Assembly: GCA_023268715.1 (NCBI GenBank)
Contig: JALRLV010000002.1
Location: 18,737-82,736 of the forward strand
DNA length: 64,000 nt
Source of the DNA: Candidatus Thalassarchaeaceae archaeon
Lineage (GTDB): Archaea > Thermoplasmatota > Poseidoniia > Poseidoniales > Thalassarchaeaceae
Reading direction: 5' to 3'
Part shown: positions 37,822 through 47,069 of the stretch, piece after piece
Layout: each line of letters begins with the position of its first letter
Position numbering within the stretch: position 1 is the stretch's first letter
The notes under the pieces: model-generated
Seen by the model: only the letters and a program-made list of their open reading frames with translations
Database searches by the model: none
Told to the model about the DNA's origin: nothing
Program-made: the position numbers and the translations under genes

Positions 37822-40800
37822 CTAACTCCAATAGCGCCTAGTCTTTGCATATTGCAGTTCTGCATTATGTATGGCACGAAGTAATGCGACTCGATTTCCA
37901 CGTGATAAACCTCTCAACAATCTAGTTGCAGTTTCTTCACCTACACCCCTTCCCATCAAAGCTAGAACGGCATCATGTCCGTGGGTTTGAATTAATTCGG
38001 CATTCTTCTGCATCCTTGCCCGTTCCTTTTGATCGTCGCTTGTTACCCATCCAGTTAGCATAGATTCCATGCGCTCTGGTGAGCAAGCCCGCATAGTGCC
38101 TCCACAATTTTTACATGGTTCGATACGCTGCCGCATACGCCCAACTCTGCTTCTAGACTTATCTTTGCAATTGAGGCAGATTAACACAGCTCTTTCTGCC
38201 ATTAGTCGAGTCTCCAATCGCTCTCGCAGTTGTACATCAGACCATGCAGGGAGAAGTAAGTCACGCTCAGATTTCGGCGATAGTCCGAGTGGCCCATTAG
38301 GGGTGTGGAAAACCTCTACCTTCCCTTGTTGGATATCTCTAATTAGATCCATTGTTCCCTCAATGTCCATCCTTTCATGGAATAATTTCGACAGGGCTTC
38401 CTCAACAACTGGGGTGCCCCGATATCTTTGCATCAGACCTTGCATATTGACTCGACGCGGGTCTGCTGCCTTTTGCAAAACACCCATTTTTCGAGCAACT
38501 TGTACCATCCTCCACCGTAATGCTCTGCCATTTGGAATAGTCATTCTGAGGATGGCTTCAAGTGCATCTGGGGAAGTTGTTGTCAACCATTCAATAACAT
38601 GAGCAGCAGTAGTTCCTGGGACTTGGAATGCGATTCTATACGGGTCGACCAGAGTGGTACCCATCCTTCCTTCCCGCATAGAACCCATTGCTTGGATAAA
38701 GTGCGCGAGAGTCTCGTTTATCCTACTGCCTCTGCAGGTATTCAATACCACAGCATTGTCTCTACTTTCGATAGTTAGGGTCGTATCCGTAGGCAAATTT
38801 TCCGTTGCATCTATGTGTTCTGCAACCGCGTTCAATAAGTCAGCTCTAGCGACTTCAGATAGAGGATAGTTTTCAAAATCGATATCTCCTTTCATCGCCT
38901 CCATTGCTCCAATTGCAGTAGCAGCACTTCTCCTCAATTTTCCAACTTCCATAGCAACTTCAATTGGCACAGGAGGTAATTCTCCAGCCCATACAGGTGC
39001 TTCTCCAGTGTCTTTCACAGGAGCAACCAACAATTCGCTTTGCTCTGGGTCAGCATCAACAATCATCCAAGTTCGGCCAGCCATGACGAATCTTCTCGGC
39101 CGCCCAGCATCGTCTTCACCTACATCGTTTAGAGATAGGACGAATGCTTCATCGACAGAACCCAAAACCCGCCTTGTAACAGCGTCACGAACCTTGTAGG
39201 CTATTTCGTCTGGAATCATTGAGATATGTTGAGTTCGATTTCTACCCAATTTCCCGGCGGGTGAAAACCAACCAGAACTGAGAGATTCCGGTAAGTGTTG
39301 AACCATTGCACGTCGCCAACGAGATTTCTGCGCCTCTTCGTGTTCTTCATCCCAAAGCGGTCTATCCTCCGGAACTAAATCTGCAGGCCTTGCATCCACA
39401 TTGGCTTTCTTTGCCAACCCCTGCCATAATTTCGGATGCCAAATTGTTGGATCTGATTGTCGTGGCTGTTCGATTAATCGTAGTAGCCACCTATCGTCTA
39501 AGACTCGAAGAACAGCTAATGTATCCTCTTCAGCCCACTGTGGAAAGATTGTCGATCGCTTGAGTAATTCAGTAGCCTGTTGTATTGGGACAACCCCTCT
39601 CTCTGATGCCATTTGTAGAAATTGATTTGCAGCGACAATAGCCGGATTATACCTCCATTCGACGCCCTCCAGTTCACCGGCCATAGCGCGTCTTGCGATT
39701 ACCGCACATTCTGCGATATCATCAATTTCCCATGCGAGGATATCGCCTCTTCCCGTTCCTCCCAAGTGATGCTCAGCTCGTCCAACACGTTGCAACATCC
39801 TGTCTACTGCTCTCGGACTGTTCAACTGGTGAACTCTTCGAATACTTCCGATATCGATTCCTAGTTCAAGACTAGATGTGCAAATTAATCCATGTAATTC
39901 GCCGGCTCGAAGAGCCTCTTCCATCTCTCGTCTAGTTTCGGCCGCTAGGCTTCCATGATGGACACCAACTTGGATTTCAGGAACGATCGAAGCCAACCTT
40001 TGTGCAACTGTTTCCGCAGTAGATCTAGAGTTTACGAAAACAAGCGAAGGCGAATCTTCAATCAGTGTATTTGCAAGATGACGAAATGCGGCAATCGACT
40101 TTGGAGAGATCGCCCATTCACCTGCTAATAGGTCATCTTCCGCTGTTGGAGTTTCTCGATGAACGGTAACTTTGGTAGTTCTTGGGGCCGGCCCAAAAAT
40201 TGGTTTTGCACCCGCAGACATCCAATTAGCGACCTCCTCAGGATTACCCACAGTCGCTGAAAGTCCTACTCTCTGGAATCGGCCGCTAGTTCCTTCCAAG
40301 GCAGCAATTCTCTCAAGTCCAATCAACAATTGTGCTCCTCTCTCGCTAGCGGCCAAATCGTGAACCTCATCCAAAATAACGGCCTTTACTCCTGCTAGAT
40401 GTTCTCTCAATCGACTTCCTAGCAACATAATCTGAGCAGTCTCAGGGGTTGTCACTAGCAAATTTGGAGGCTTCTTTGATTGCTTAGTCCTCTCTTTTTG
40501 ACTGGTGTCACCGTGCCGTAGTCCAACACTTATGCCAAGAGGTTCGAGCAAGTTAGCCAACCGCCTGTCAATATCTCGATTTAATGCTCTAAGCGGTGTA
40601 ATATAGAGTATTGATAGAGAATTCCAATCTTCTTTCAAGGCTCTCGAAGCAATTGGAAGAACAGCCGCTTCAGTTTTTCCACTACCCGTTGGCGCGACTA
40701 AAATTCGATCCTTCCCCTCGATCAAATCCGCGGTCGCGGCCTCTTGAACCGGAGTCAATTTCCAGCCTCGCTGCTCGACTAATTCCCGAACTTTCGGGTG

Positions 40801-40827
40801 TAGAAGTTCGAGTGCCTCGGCAGACAT
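37822..40827 (-). CDS. lhr: Lhr-like large ATP-dependent helicase (superfamily 2) with C-terminal zinc ribbon
   Basis: Motif I VAPTGSGKTEAAVLPI, motif II DEVHDL, SAT, then a long Lhr-core C-terminal region. Near the C-terminus is C-x2-C...C-x2-C (CLNCKDKSR...CKNCGG). Confidence 0.85.
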   Translation of the reverse strand: MSAEALELLHPKVRELVEQRGWKLTPVQEAATADLIEGKDRILVAPTGSGKTEAAVLPIASRALKEDWNSLSILYITPLRALNRDIDRRLANLLEPLGISVGLRHGDTSQKERTKQSKKPPNLLVTTPETAQIMLLGSRLREHLAGVKAVILDEVHDLAASERGAQLLIGLERIAALEGTSGRFQRVGLSATVGNPEEVANWMSAGAKPIFGPAPRTTKVTVHRETPTAEDDLLAGEWAISPKSIAAFRHLANTLIEDSPSLVFVNSRSTAETVAQRLASIVPEIQVGVHHGSLAAETRREMEEALRAGELHGLICTSSLELGIDIGSIRRVHQLNSPRAVDRMLQRVGRAEHHLGGTGRGDILAWEIDDIAECAVIARRAMAGELEGVEWRYNPAIVAANQFLQMASERGVVPIQQATELLKRSTIFPQWAEEDTLAVLRVLDDRWLLRLIEQPRQSDPTIWHPKLWQGLAKKANVDARPADLVPEDRPLWDEEHEEAQKSRWRRAMVQHLPESLSSGWFSPAGKLGRNRTQHISMIPDEIAYKVRDAVTRRVLGSVDEAFVLSLNDVGEDDAGRPRRFVMAGRTWMIVDADPEQSELLVAPVKDTGEAPVWAGELPPVPIEVAMEVGKLRRSAATAIGAMEAMKGDIDFENYPLSEVARADLLNAVAEHIDATENLPTDTTLTIESRDNAVVLNTCRGSRINETLAHFIQAMGSMREGRMGTTLVDPYRIAFQVPGTTAAHVIEWLTTTSPDALEAILRMTIPNGRALRWRMVQVARKMGVLQKAADPRRVNMQGLMQRYRGTPVVEEALSKLFHERMDIEGTMDLIRDIQQGKVEVFHTPNGPLGLSPKSERDLLLPAWSDVQLRERLETRLMAERAVLICLNCKDKSRSRVGRMRQRIEPCKNCGGTMRACSPERMESMLTGWVTSDDQKERARMQKNAELIQTHGHDAVLALMGRGVGEETATRLLRGLSRGNRVALLRAIHNAELQYAKTRRYWS

Positions 40828-40893
40828 CGAGCCTTTGGCATAGCCCGACCAACATGAACCGATTGGTTAGATTGAAAAATCTGGAATTCGAAA

Positions 40894-41922
40894 TCAGATT
40901 CCTGGATGAGGGGGTATTTCGTCGGACCAATGATCCATCTCATTGAGGGTGAGTGTAACATTGAGTATCTCTCCATTGCTCCAATAATCAACAGCGATGA
41001 AGGTTGGTCTATCGTCAAAAACTTCCCAACATTCTATGGCTCTGGTCAAGAGGAAATCGTAATCATTTACGTCAGATGATCTTACTGGATCAGCAAACCC
41101 CCAAGGTGTGCTTAGCCAGTTGTTTAGATGCCAAGCTTCTGCTTCACCGCTTCCTCTTCCGACCGTACATGACATCTGACTTTCTTCGTCCTCTCCATAT
41201 GGCGTGTCCCAAGAATGAGTCCAAGCATGATGTAACCACGGCCATCTCTCATCATCGGAATAATCCCAGAAGACGACCAATGTTTTTCCATTCAGAACCA
41301 GATCACCAAGCATTGGCCATTCTTCTCCGACTTGATGGACCCAAGTTTTGTCTCTCATTCCGGTGACATTGAACAGATAATCTACATGTTCGCCGGGAAC
41401 ATAGTTTTCGATTAGTAGGGTAACAACATCACCCGAACTATTGTTCATCAGCGAGTTTAGGTGACTCAACCACGCAAAGGCATCTACTTCTGAATACATG
41501 CAAGGATGAGGAAACGCATCTGGACTGCCATGACAAAATCGCACATCTTCTTTTTCTGTATCATCATTGGTCAAATGATGAATGTCAATCATGAAGGCAC
41601 GGATGCCTCCATCCCATTGTGCTTGTAAAGCCGTGTAGTGATTTATTGCCATCCAAGTTCCATCCTCTGTTGTGGAAAATGAATTATGGGTTTCTGGGAA
41701 GGTATGATTGTCGTATTGTCGTTCACAGAATTTTGCCTGACCTTGACAAATTAGCACATCTGAGGCATTTCTAGGGTCAAAACCACGCGCTAATTCCCAG
41801 CCGTTTGAAAGCCCGTCTCCGTCCTCATCCTGCAGAGGGTCGAGGGGCTTTTCAGTCTCTGAAGTGCATCCCGAGAGAAATAGGCTGAATGCGATCAACA
41901 AGGCACCCAAAGAGCGATTCAT
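40894..41922 (-). CDS. Secreted lipoprotein with a PLC-like phosphodiesterase (PI-PLC X-domain-like) fold
   Basis: Start taken at MNRSLGALLIAFSLFLSGC (signal peptide with a lipobox-like Cys). THNSF and GIRAFMIDIHH segments resemble the catalytic His-containing motifs of PI-PLC X domains. This is similarity judged by eye. Confidence 0.45.
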   Translation of the reverse strand: MNRSLGALLIAFSLFLSGCTSETEKPLDPLQDEDGDGLSNGWELARGFDPRNASDVLICQGQAKFCERQYDNHTFPETHNSFSTTEDGTWMAINHYTALQAQWDGGIRAFMIDIHHLTNDDTEKEDVRFCHGSPDAFPHPCMYSEVDAFAWLSHLNSLMNNSSGDVVTLLIENYVPGEHVDYLFNVTGMRDKTWVHQVGEEWPMLGDLVLNGKTLVVFWDYSDDERWPWLHHAWTHSWDTPYGEDEESQMSCTVGRGSGEAEAWHLNNWLSTPWGFADPVRSSDVNDYDFLLTRAIECWEVFDDRPTFIAVDYWSNGEILNVTLTLNEMDHWSDEIPPHPGI

Positions 41923-41987
41923 GGATTCACGAGGCTCGGTTTCAAACATGAATCCATTGGAACGTCAGGCGATAAGGGAGATAATCC

Positions 41988-42929
41988 ATGAGCGTGACCC
42001 ATATGGTGATGGCAGGTCCTTTCAAGCGACTGAGCAACACCTTTCGAAGATGGTGGATGGGTCAAAAGGACAACCATTTCAGAATAGTTTCATCTCTTAC
42101 AATACTGTCTCTTGCAGCAACAATTTGGGGTCTACTTTTCTTGTTTGTTCTAGGTGGTACAACAGACGACTCAAAGGAAATGTGGGTGCCGTGGAGTTGG
42201 CTTGGTTTAATCGTTGGAGGAACTCTAGCCTTCTGGATAGTGCCGGAATTTTTTGTATATCTAGGTCACAAGGCGGCACTCGACGAAATACTCCTACTTG
42301 ATTCACGTCCTGAGGTTCTCCGACGGCGCAAGGAAGCCGAGGAAGCCGCTGACATGCTCGGTCCAGTATACCAATCCCATCTTGTGAGGCTTTACAATGA
42401 ATTGGGGATTAAAGTCGGTTCCAGATTTAGACACATTAAACCAGCAGGAGCAAGATCAATAGAATCCATGACTGAGATCACCGAAGTTTCCGTGGAAAGA
42501 GTATCTGAGCCTTGGGATAAAATTTCTTTAGAATCAAATACATACGATTCTTCCACACATTCTAACACTTGGTGGAATACCACAAACTCTCGATTGTCGA
42601 CATTGCTTCCTGGGGCCAAGATTTTGCGGGATAGAGGTGCCAACCGTACAATTCTAGGTTTAACATCAATTTGTGCCGCCCTGTTACTTTACAACATGAT
42701 TTTTGGCCTCGCTAAGCGGGGAGGTGGCCCCAGGGAATTCACCGTTGATCTAACCCTATGGCTTGCTGGAGATTCTTCGATTCACTCAACCGCTCCCCAT
42801 TTTGATGGAGTTAGTCTTCTCCTCGCCACAGCCTCTTTGACCATGGTGTTTTTGACTAGACCTGCTAATCTGGAAGACTCATCTGATAATGGAAGTAGCA
42901 AGGCTTCGACTCGAATCGAGGAGGAGTGA
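41988..42929 (+). CDS. Membrane protein (2+2 TM) with a central soluble domain, hypothetical
   Basis: Hydrophobic helices at both ends and no recognisable motif. Its stop overlaps the start of the signal peptidase gene. Confidence 0.4.
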   Translation: MSVTHMVMAGPFKRLSNTFRRWWMGQKDNHFRIVSSLTILSLAATIWGLLFLFVLGGTTDDSKEMWVPWSWLGLIVGGTLAFWIVPEFFVYLGHKAALDEILLLDSRPEVLRRRKEAEEAADMLGPVYQSHLVRLYNELGIKVGSRFRHIKPAGARSIESMTEITEVSVERVSEPWDKISLESNTYDSSTHSNTWWNTTNSRLSTLLPGAKILRDRGANRTILGLTSICAALLLYNMIFGLAKRGGGPREFTVDLTLWLAGDSSIHSTAPHFDGVSLLLATASLTMVFLTRPANLEDSSDNGSSKASTRIEEE

Positions 42930-43729
42930 TTGTGGATATTCAAGTGCTCAAGCGAGAGGCAAGTCTTGCAATAGGATTGGTCATACTTCTATTGGGCTCG
43001 ATGACTATTGCAACAGGCACTTATCCACCTATGGTCGTGGTCGAATCTGGTTCGATGATGCATGATCCCGAGCAAGGTTCTGTTGGAGCGATAGACCCCG
43101 GCGACTTAGTCCTAGTAATCTCTCCTGACCGCCACCAAATTATCACCTTTGCAGAGGCTACAGAAATTGGCGGTAAAAATGAGGGTTACGAAACTCATGG
43201 AATGCCCGGTGACGTGATTATCTTCAGGAAGAATGGTGGAAGTGATACTCCCGTAATCCATCGTGCTTTATTCAAAGTTGTGGAAAACCCTGACGGAGGT
43301 TGGGACGTACCTGGAACAGATATTGTAGCCGCAGAAACAATTACCGTGGAATTAGATTACGATTGCTACCATGGTAATTCAAAACTAACTGTTAGTAATT
43401 GGGTTCCTCAACATGAGGGCTACTTTACCACAGGAGATAATCGATGGAGCAACGGCTGCCAATACGATCAACAATCACTAACTGATGAAAATGGTAACTT
43501 GGTTACCGCGATCAAGGATGAGTGGATTATTGGTGTCGCTTCATTGGAAATTCCTTGGGTAGGTGCTGTCAAGCTCTATGCCAGTGGAACAGATGGTCAA
43601 GTAACTCCCAATTCTTGGAGCAACCTGGCGATTATGGTCGCTATAGTAATCGCCACCCCGGTAATCATTGAGATGATTACTGATCGAATAAATAGCAAGA
43701 ATCAATCTCAATCAGATGAGGAAGAATAG
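42926..43729 (+). CDS. Signal peptidase I, archaeal/eukaryotic Sec11 type (S26B), unusually long
   Basis: N-terminal TM, then VVVESGSMMHDP (the catalytic Ser box), a His in PVIHRALF and a TTGDNRWSNGCQYD box (GDN..D). About 100 extra residues sit between the boxes, with a C-terminal TM anchor. Confidence 0.75.
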   Translation: MIVDIQVLKREASLAIGLVILLLGSMTIATGTYPPMVVVESGSMMHDPEQGSVGAIDPGDLVLVISPDRHQIITFAEATEIGGKNEGYETHGMPGDVIIFRKNGGSDTPVIHRALFKVVENPDGGWDVPGTDIVAAETITVELDYDCYHGNSKLTVSNWVPQHEGYFTTGDNRWSNGCQYDQQSLTDENGNLVTAIKDEWIIGVASLEIPWVGAVKLYASGTDGQVTPNSWSNLAIMVAIVIATPVIIEMITDRINSKNQSQSDEEE

Positions 43730-43738
43730 CCCGTTCTC

Positions 43739-45250
43739 TCAACTTACCAATCGAGGTAAAATAATTGGGATAATTACAATGAATAACACTAGAAGGCTAC
43801 TCATCGAACTCAACCTGTTTGCCGCATTCTCAATTCGGATTGGATCTCCACCTCGCATAATGAATCGCATGGTAGAATGCGTGGCGTCTCTGAATATGTG
43901 ACCGCCATCGAATGGAATCATTGGGATTAGATTGGCGAATCCTAGAAGGAAGTTAATCCAAGCCAGCCAGAAAAGGAAATCGAAAGCCGCCAACATGCCT
44001 TCAGTTCCGATGTTTGAGGCAATTATCCCATCTCCGGCAGCCAACATTGCCCGTTCTTCTAGAGGCATTGTGTGACCATCATTTTGGATAGGTATCCCTA
44101 ACAAAATCAAAGGCGACACCATCAAAATCAATCCTTTCTGAAGTCCACTTAAATCATCATCTGCTAAGAAGCTCCAACCATCCACTGCTGCTGTGTTTGA
44201 GCGGAGATTACTGACTCCAAGAAAAGCGTCGCCTTGTTCAATTCCTTGTGCCTCCATTAACATTCTAGTTTCCTCCATGTCACAACCGGTAGTTTGTTCA
44301 CATTGATTCATATGATACTGCCAGCGATCTGTGAAAGTGATTTCGATTACCCTTGTTTCTGCATCACTTGCTTGAGAAGAAATGACCGTGAAATTGGCAA
44401 CTTCCTCTGATGAATAATCTTTCATTGCTTCAGTAAAATCGTCACGATTAGCCACTACATTATCATCGATATGAGTAATGGTTTCGTACGCCATTAACCC
44501 AGCTTCCTGAGCCCCAGTTTCGGCAATAATCCCAGTTGCGTGAACTCCTGGATTTTTTGCGACAAATCCATTCGCTGTGGCGGATAACAAAACTAGGACG
44601 ATAAATGTGGCAATCAGATTAATTGAAGGTCCAGCAGCGAACAATCGCATTCTTTCTCTTCTGGGTGCGCGAGACATTTCCTCATATTCAGGCTCAGCAA
44701 ATGCTCCAACCGGAAGTAAACCAGCCAGGAGAAGTCCGAATGATCGAACTTGCATACCGTGTGCCCTAGCCTGTATTCCGTGACTATATTCGTGAATAAC
44801 CAAGGCAATAATCAGAGCAATAATTGGCCACCAAAATGGAACAAAACTAGTCACACCCGGAATAAGGAGAAGATCGGATGCGGGTAAGACCTCTTGTTGT
44901 GCAGGAGCCGCAGCGGTCGCCAATGCGGCAGTTATTATCAATAGGATTACACCAAACATTACGATAAAACATAACCAAATAGACAATTCTCCGTACGCTC
45001 TCCAAAATTTCCGCGGTTTAGATATCTGTTCAAGAGCTAACTTACCTCTACCAGTTCTTACCATTAGGATGATTCCGAGAACTCTGGTTGCATTCCATTT
45101 GTCCAGTGTTCCTTTCTGTTCTAGATAGACCAAAGCGAAGTACCAACCCCCAATCAATACTAGAGCCCAAATTGGAGCCCAGCCTCTAACTCCAGCCCAA
45201 GCCAGCAATCCGACAAAGAGAATCTGATTCAGGCTCAGCCCTCTTTCCAT
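43739..45250 (-). CDS. Site-2 protease family (M50) membrane metalloprotease with PDZ domain (RseP-like)
   Basis: HEYSH zinc motif within a TM helix, a PDZ-like segment (IIAETGAQEAGLMAYETITHIDDNVV), and the second motif NLIPMIPFDGGHIF. Confidence 0.8.
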   Translation of the reverse strand: MERGLSLNQILFVGLLAWAGVRGWAPIWALVLIGGWYFALVYLEQKGTLDKWNATRVLGIILMVRTGRGKLALEQISKPRKFWRAYGELSIWLCFIVMFGVILLIITAALATAAAPAQQEVLPASDLLLIPGVTSFVPFWWPIIALIIALVIHEYSHGIQARAHGMQVRSFGLLLAGLLPVGAFAEPEYEEMSRAPRRERMRLFAAGPSINLIATFIVLVLLSATANGFVAKNPGVHATGIIAETGAQEAGLMAYETITHIDDNVVANRDDFTEAMKDYSSEEVANFTVISSQASDAETRVIEITFTDRWQYHMNQCEQTTGCDMEETRMLMEAQGIEQGDAFLGVSNLRSNTAAVDGWSFLADDDLSGLQKGLILMVSPLILLGIPIQNDGHTMPLEERAMLAAGDGIIASNIGTEGMLAAFDFLFWLAWINFLLGFANLIPMIPFDGGHIFRDATHSTMRFIMRGGDPIRIENAANRLSSMSSLLVLFIVIIPIILPRLVS

Positions 45251-45314
45251 GACTATTCGCCTTAACTGCTCCCACTTGAATACTCGTCAATGAATCCGCA
45301 ACTGACTTGACCTG

Positions 45315-45527
45315 ATGGCTACTCGGGAAAACATGGCTGAGCGGGGGGATATTCCCGAACGCAAACAATATCGAGAATTAGATAGCCTACGTCGTGACAC
45401 AGCCGCAGTTGCTAGATTACTAAGGCAGGCTAAGTTGGATGAACTCCATCAGGAACTCGAACAGGCCAAGGCGCAACTCGATTATGCTGAATCGAGACTA
45501 TCGAGTGATTCCACAGAGAGCGAATAA
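45315..45527 (+). CDS. Small coiled-coil protein (doubtful)
   Basis: A 70-aa charged, heptad-like ORF that overlaps the 3' end of hjc convergently by 46 nt. No supporting motif. Confidence 0.2.
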   Translation: MATRENMAERGDIPERKQYRELDSLRRDTAAVARLLRQAKLDELHQELEQAKAQLDYAESRLSSDSTESE

Positions 45528-46141
45528 TCACCTGAAGGACTGGTCTCAGAAAGACTACCGCTATCCTGTATTCTCCGGCTAATTTCCTCGAAGTTGGTAG
45601 ATTTCTCGATAGCCCTTGCACCATCTGATCGACTGATTAATGCTAGAAACCTGTGTAATGGCATACCATCGTGCCAATTCAGGTATGGAGAACCATTTCT
45701 CGTAAGTGGAACATTCGGAATGCTTCGCGATAGTACTCGAAGCTTTCCGGTTAATCCTTCTACTGGTACTTTCATCACTCTCCAACTGTCACCTCTAACG
45801 CCTTTGAGCCGGAAGGCATACAGCGGTAGAAGACCGCATGTTTCTCCAGTTGTCTTCAAAGCATCGTACTGGTCTTTGGTACGACCAGAAAGGTAGATTT
45901 TGTCAGTTTTCGAGGTTTTTACTTCAATCGGCATGCACATATCGCCTCGAAGAGCAAGAATATCTCCAGTTCCTTCCGAACCACTTCCAGGTGCTCTTAC
46001 GACCAAGAATGGTCTTTGACAGACCTGCATAGCCCGTGCCCGCTCAACTTCTGTACATGACCGAGTAATCGCGACTACACCCTTTCTCTCGCCCGCGAGC
46101 ACCGAGCGTAATTCCCGCTCGTAGACCCCAGTCATGTGCAT
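45482..46141 (-). CDS. hjc: Holliday junction resolvase Hjc with an internal insertion and a C-terminal extension
   Basis: Aligns to archaeal Hjc: YERELRSVL / FLVVRAPGSGS / DILALRGDMCMPIEVKTSKTDKIYL / LLPLYAFRLKG...WRVMKV, carrying the catalytic E-x-D...E-V-K pattern. There is an extra segment of about 28 aa after helix 1 and a C-terminal tail of about 60 aa. Confidence 0.75.
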   Translation of the reverse strand: MHMTGVYERELRSVLAGERKGVVAITRSCTEVERARAMQVCQRPFLVVRAPGSGSEGTGDILALRGDMCMPIEVKTSKTDKIYLSGRTKDQYDALKTTGETCGLLPLYAFRLKGVRGDSWRVMKVPVEGLTGKLRVLSRSIPNVPLTRNGSPYLNWHDGMPLHRFLALISRSDGARAIEKSTNFEEISRRIQDSGSLSETSPSGDYSLSVESLDSLDSA

Positions 46142-46268
46142 AGCGCATTGTCAGGGTTCTTGACGACATCGCTTGAGACCGCCGGGGAGTATAACGTTTT
46201 GAGGTATTCAAGATAATTCGGTGAATATTTTCTAAATGTAGGAAAATTGTAGGATTAGTGACCTACGA

Positions 46269-47060
46269 ATGGCAACGATTGAAGACAGAGTGCGATTGTG
46301 TCTTATCGTGCCGGAGGTTGCAGTCCGTACGGATGATTTCCGTTTGGCCTACAGATTGTTAGATCGTTTGAGAGATTCTGGTATCAAACATATGCAACTC
46401 GAACCTGAACATCCCGTTCCAAATCGTGTTGATTTCTGGATAGCATCGCATGCCGAAGTTGGGGGCACTAAAGATGCAAGAGGAATTGGATGTGCAGTAG
46501 AAGAAATCGATTCAGTAATTTCTTCGATAATGAATAGAATTGCAGTAGGCGAAAAGGTCCAACGCATATGTTTCGGCATCGATCCCGGTCCACGTCCTGG
46601 GCTCTCTTGGATTGCTGATGGTCGTCCAGCGGGCTCTATTCAAATGGAATCAGTCGATGCTACTGTCGATCAAGTGATTGCTATTCTGAATGATTTCATG
46701 CCACCTGAATCCGTAGTTAGAATTGGTAATGGTTCACCTACGATATCTTCTAGAATTGCTAATGTTTGTTTGGCGAGGGGGCTTTCGGTACAATTTGTTG
46801 ACGAAACTTCGACTTCCTCAGGCTCGCGTCACGACCATGTTTCGGCAGCCCGAGCAATTTGTACAAAGGAAGGAGTTCCAATTACTGAACGTCTACAGGT
46901 AATCCCAACAGAGGGAGAAGTACGCGAAATTCAGCGTCGAAGTCGTAGCATCTCTGAAGGTAGATTGACGATTCCCTCCCAACTTGCTCGAGCCGTTGCT
47001 GTTGGGAGGCTAACTCTCAGCGAAGCTGTAGAACTTCACATACAGACTCTCGAACGCTGA
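46269..47060 (+). CDS. RuvX/YqgF-like RNase H-fold putative nuclease with N-terminal extension
   Basis: ICFGIDPGPRPGLSWIA (a GxDxG start like RuvC/YqgF), FVDETSTS (a DExT/S motif) and DHVSAARAI (a D-x-x-AA motif), all in YqgF order. The N-terminal 100 aa are unassigned. Confidence 0.4.
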   Translation: MATIEDRVRLCLIVPEVAVRTDDFRLAYRLLDRLRDSGIKHMQLEPEHPVPNRVDFWIASHAEVGGTKDARGIGCAVEEIDSVISSIMNRIAVGEKVQRICFGIDPGPRPGLSWIADGRPAGSIQMESVDATVDQVIAILNDFMPPESVVRIGNGSPTISSRIANVCLARGLSVQFVDETSTSSGSRHDHVSAARAICTKEGVPITERLQVIPTEGEVREIQRRSRSISEGRLTIPSQLARAVAVGRLTLSEAVELHIQTLER

Positions 47061-47069
47061 GGGTCAAAA

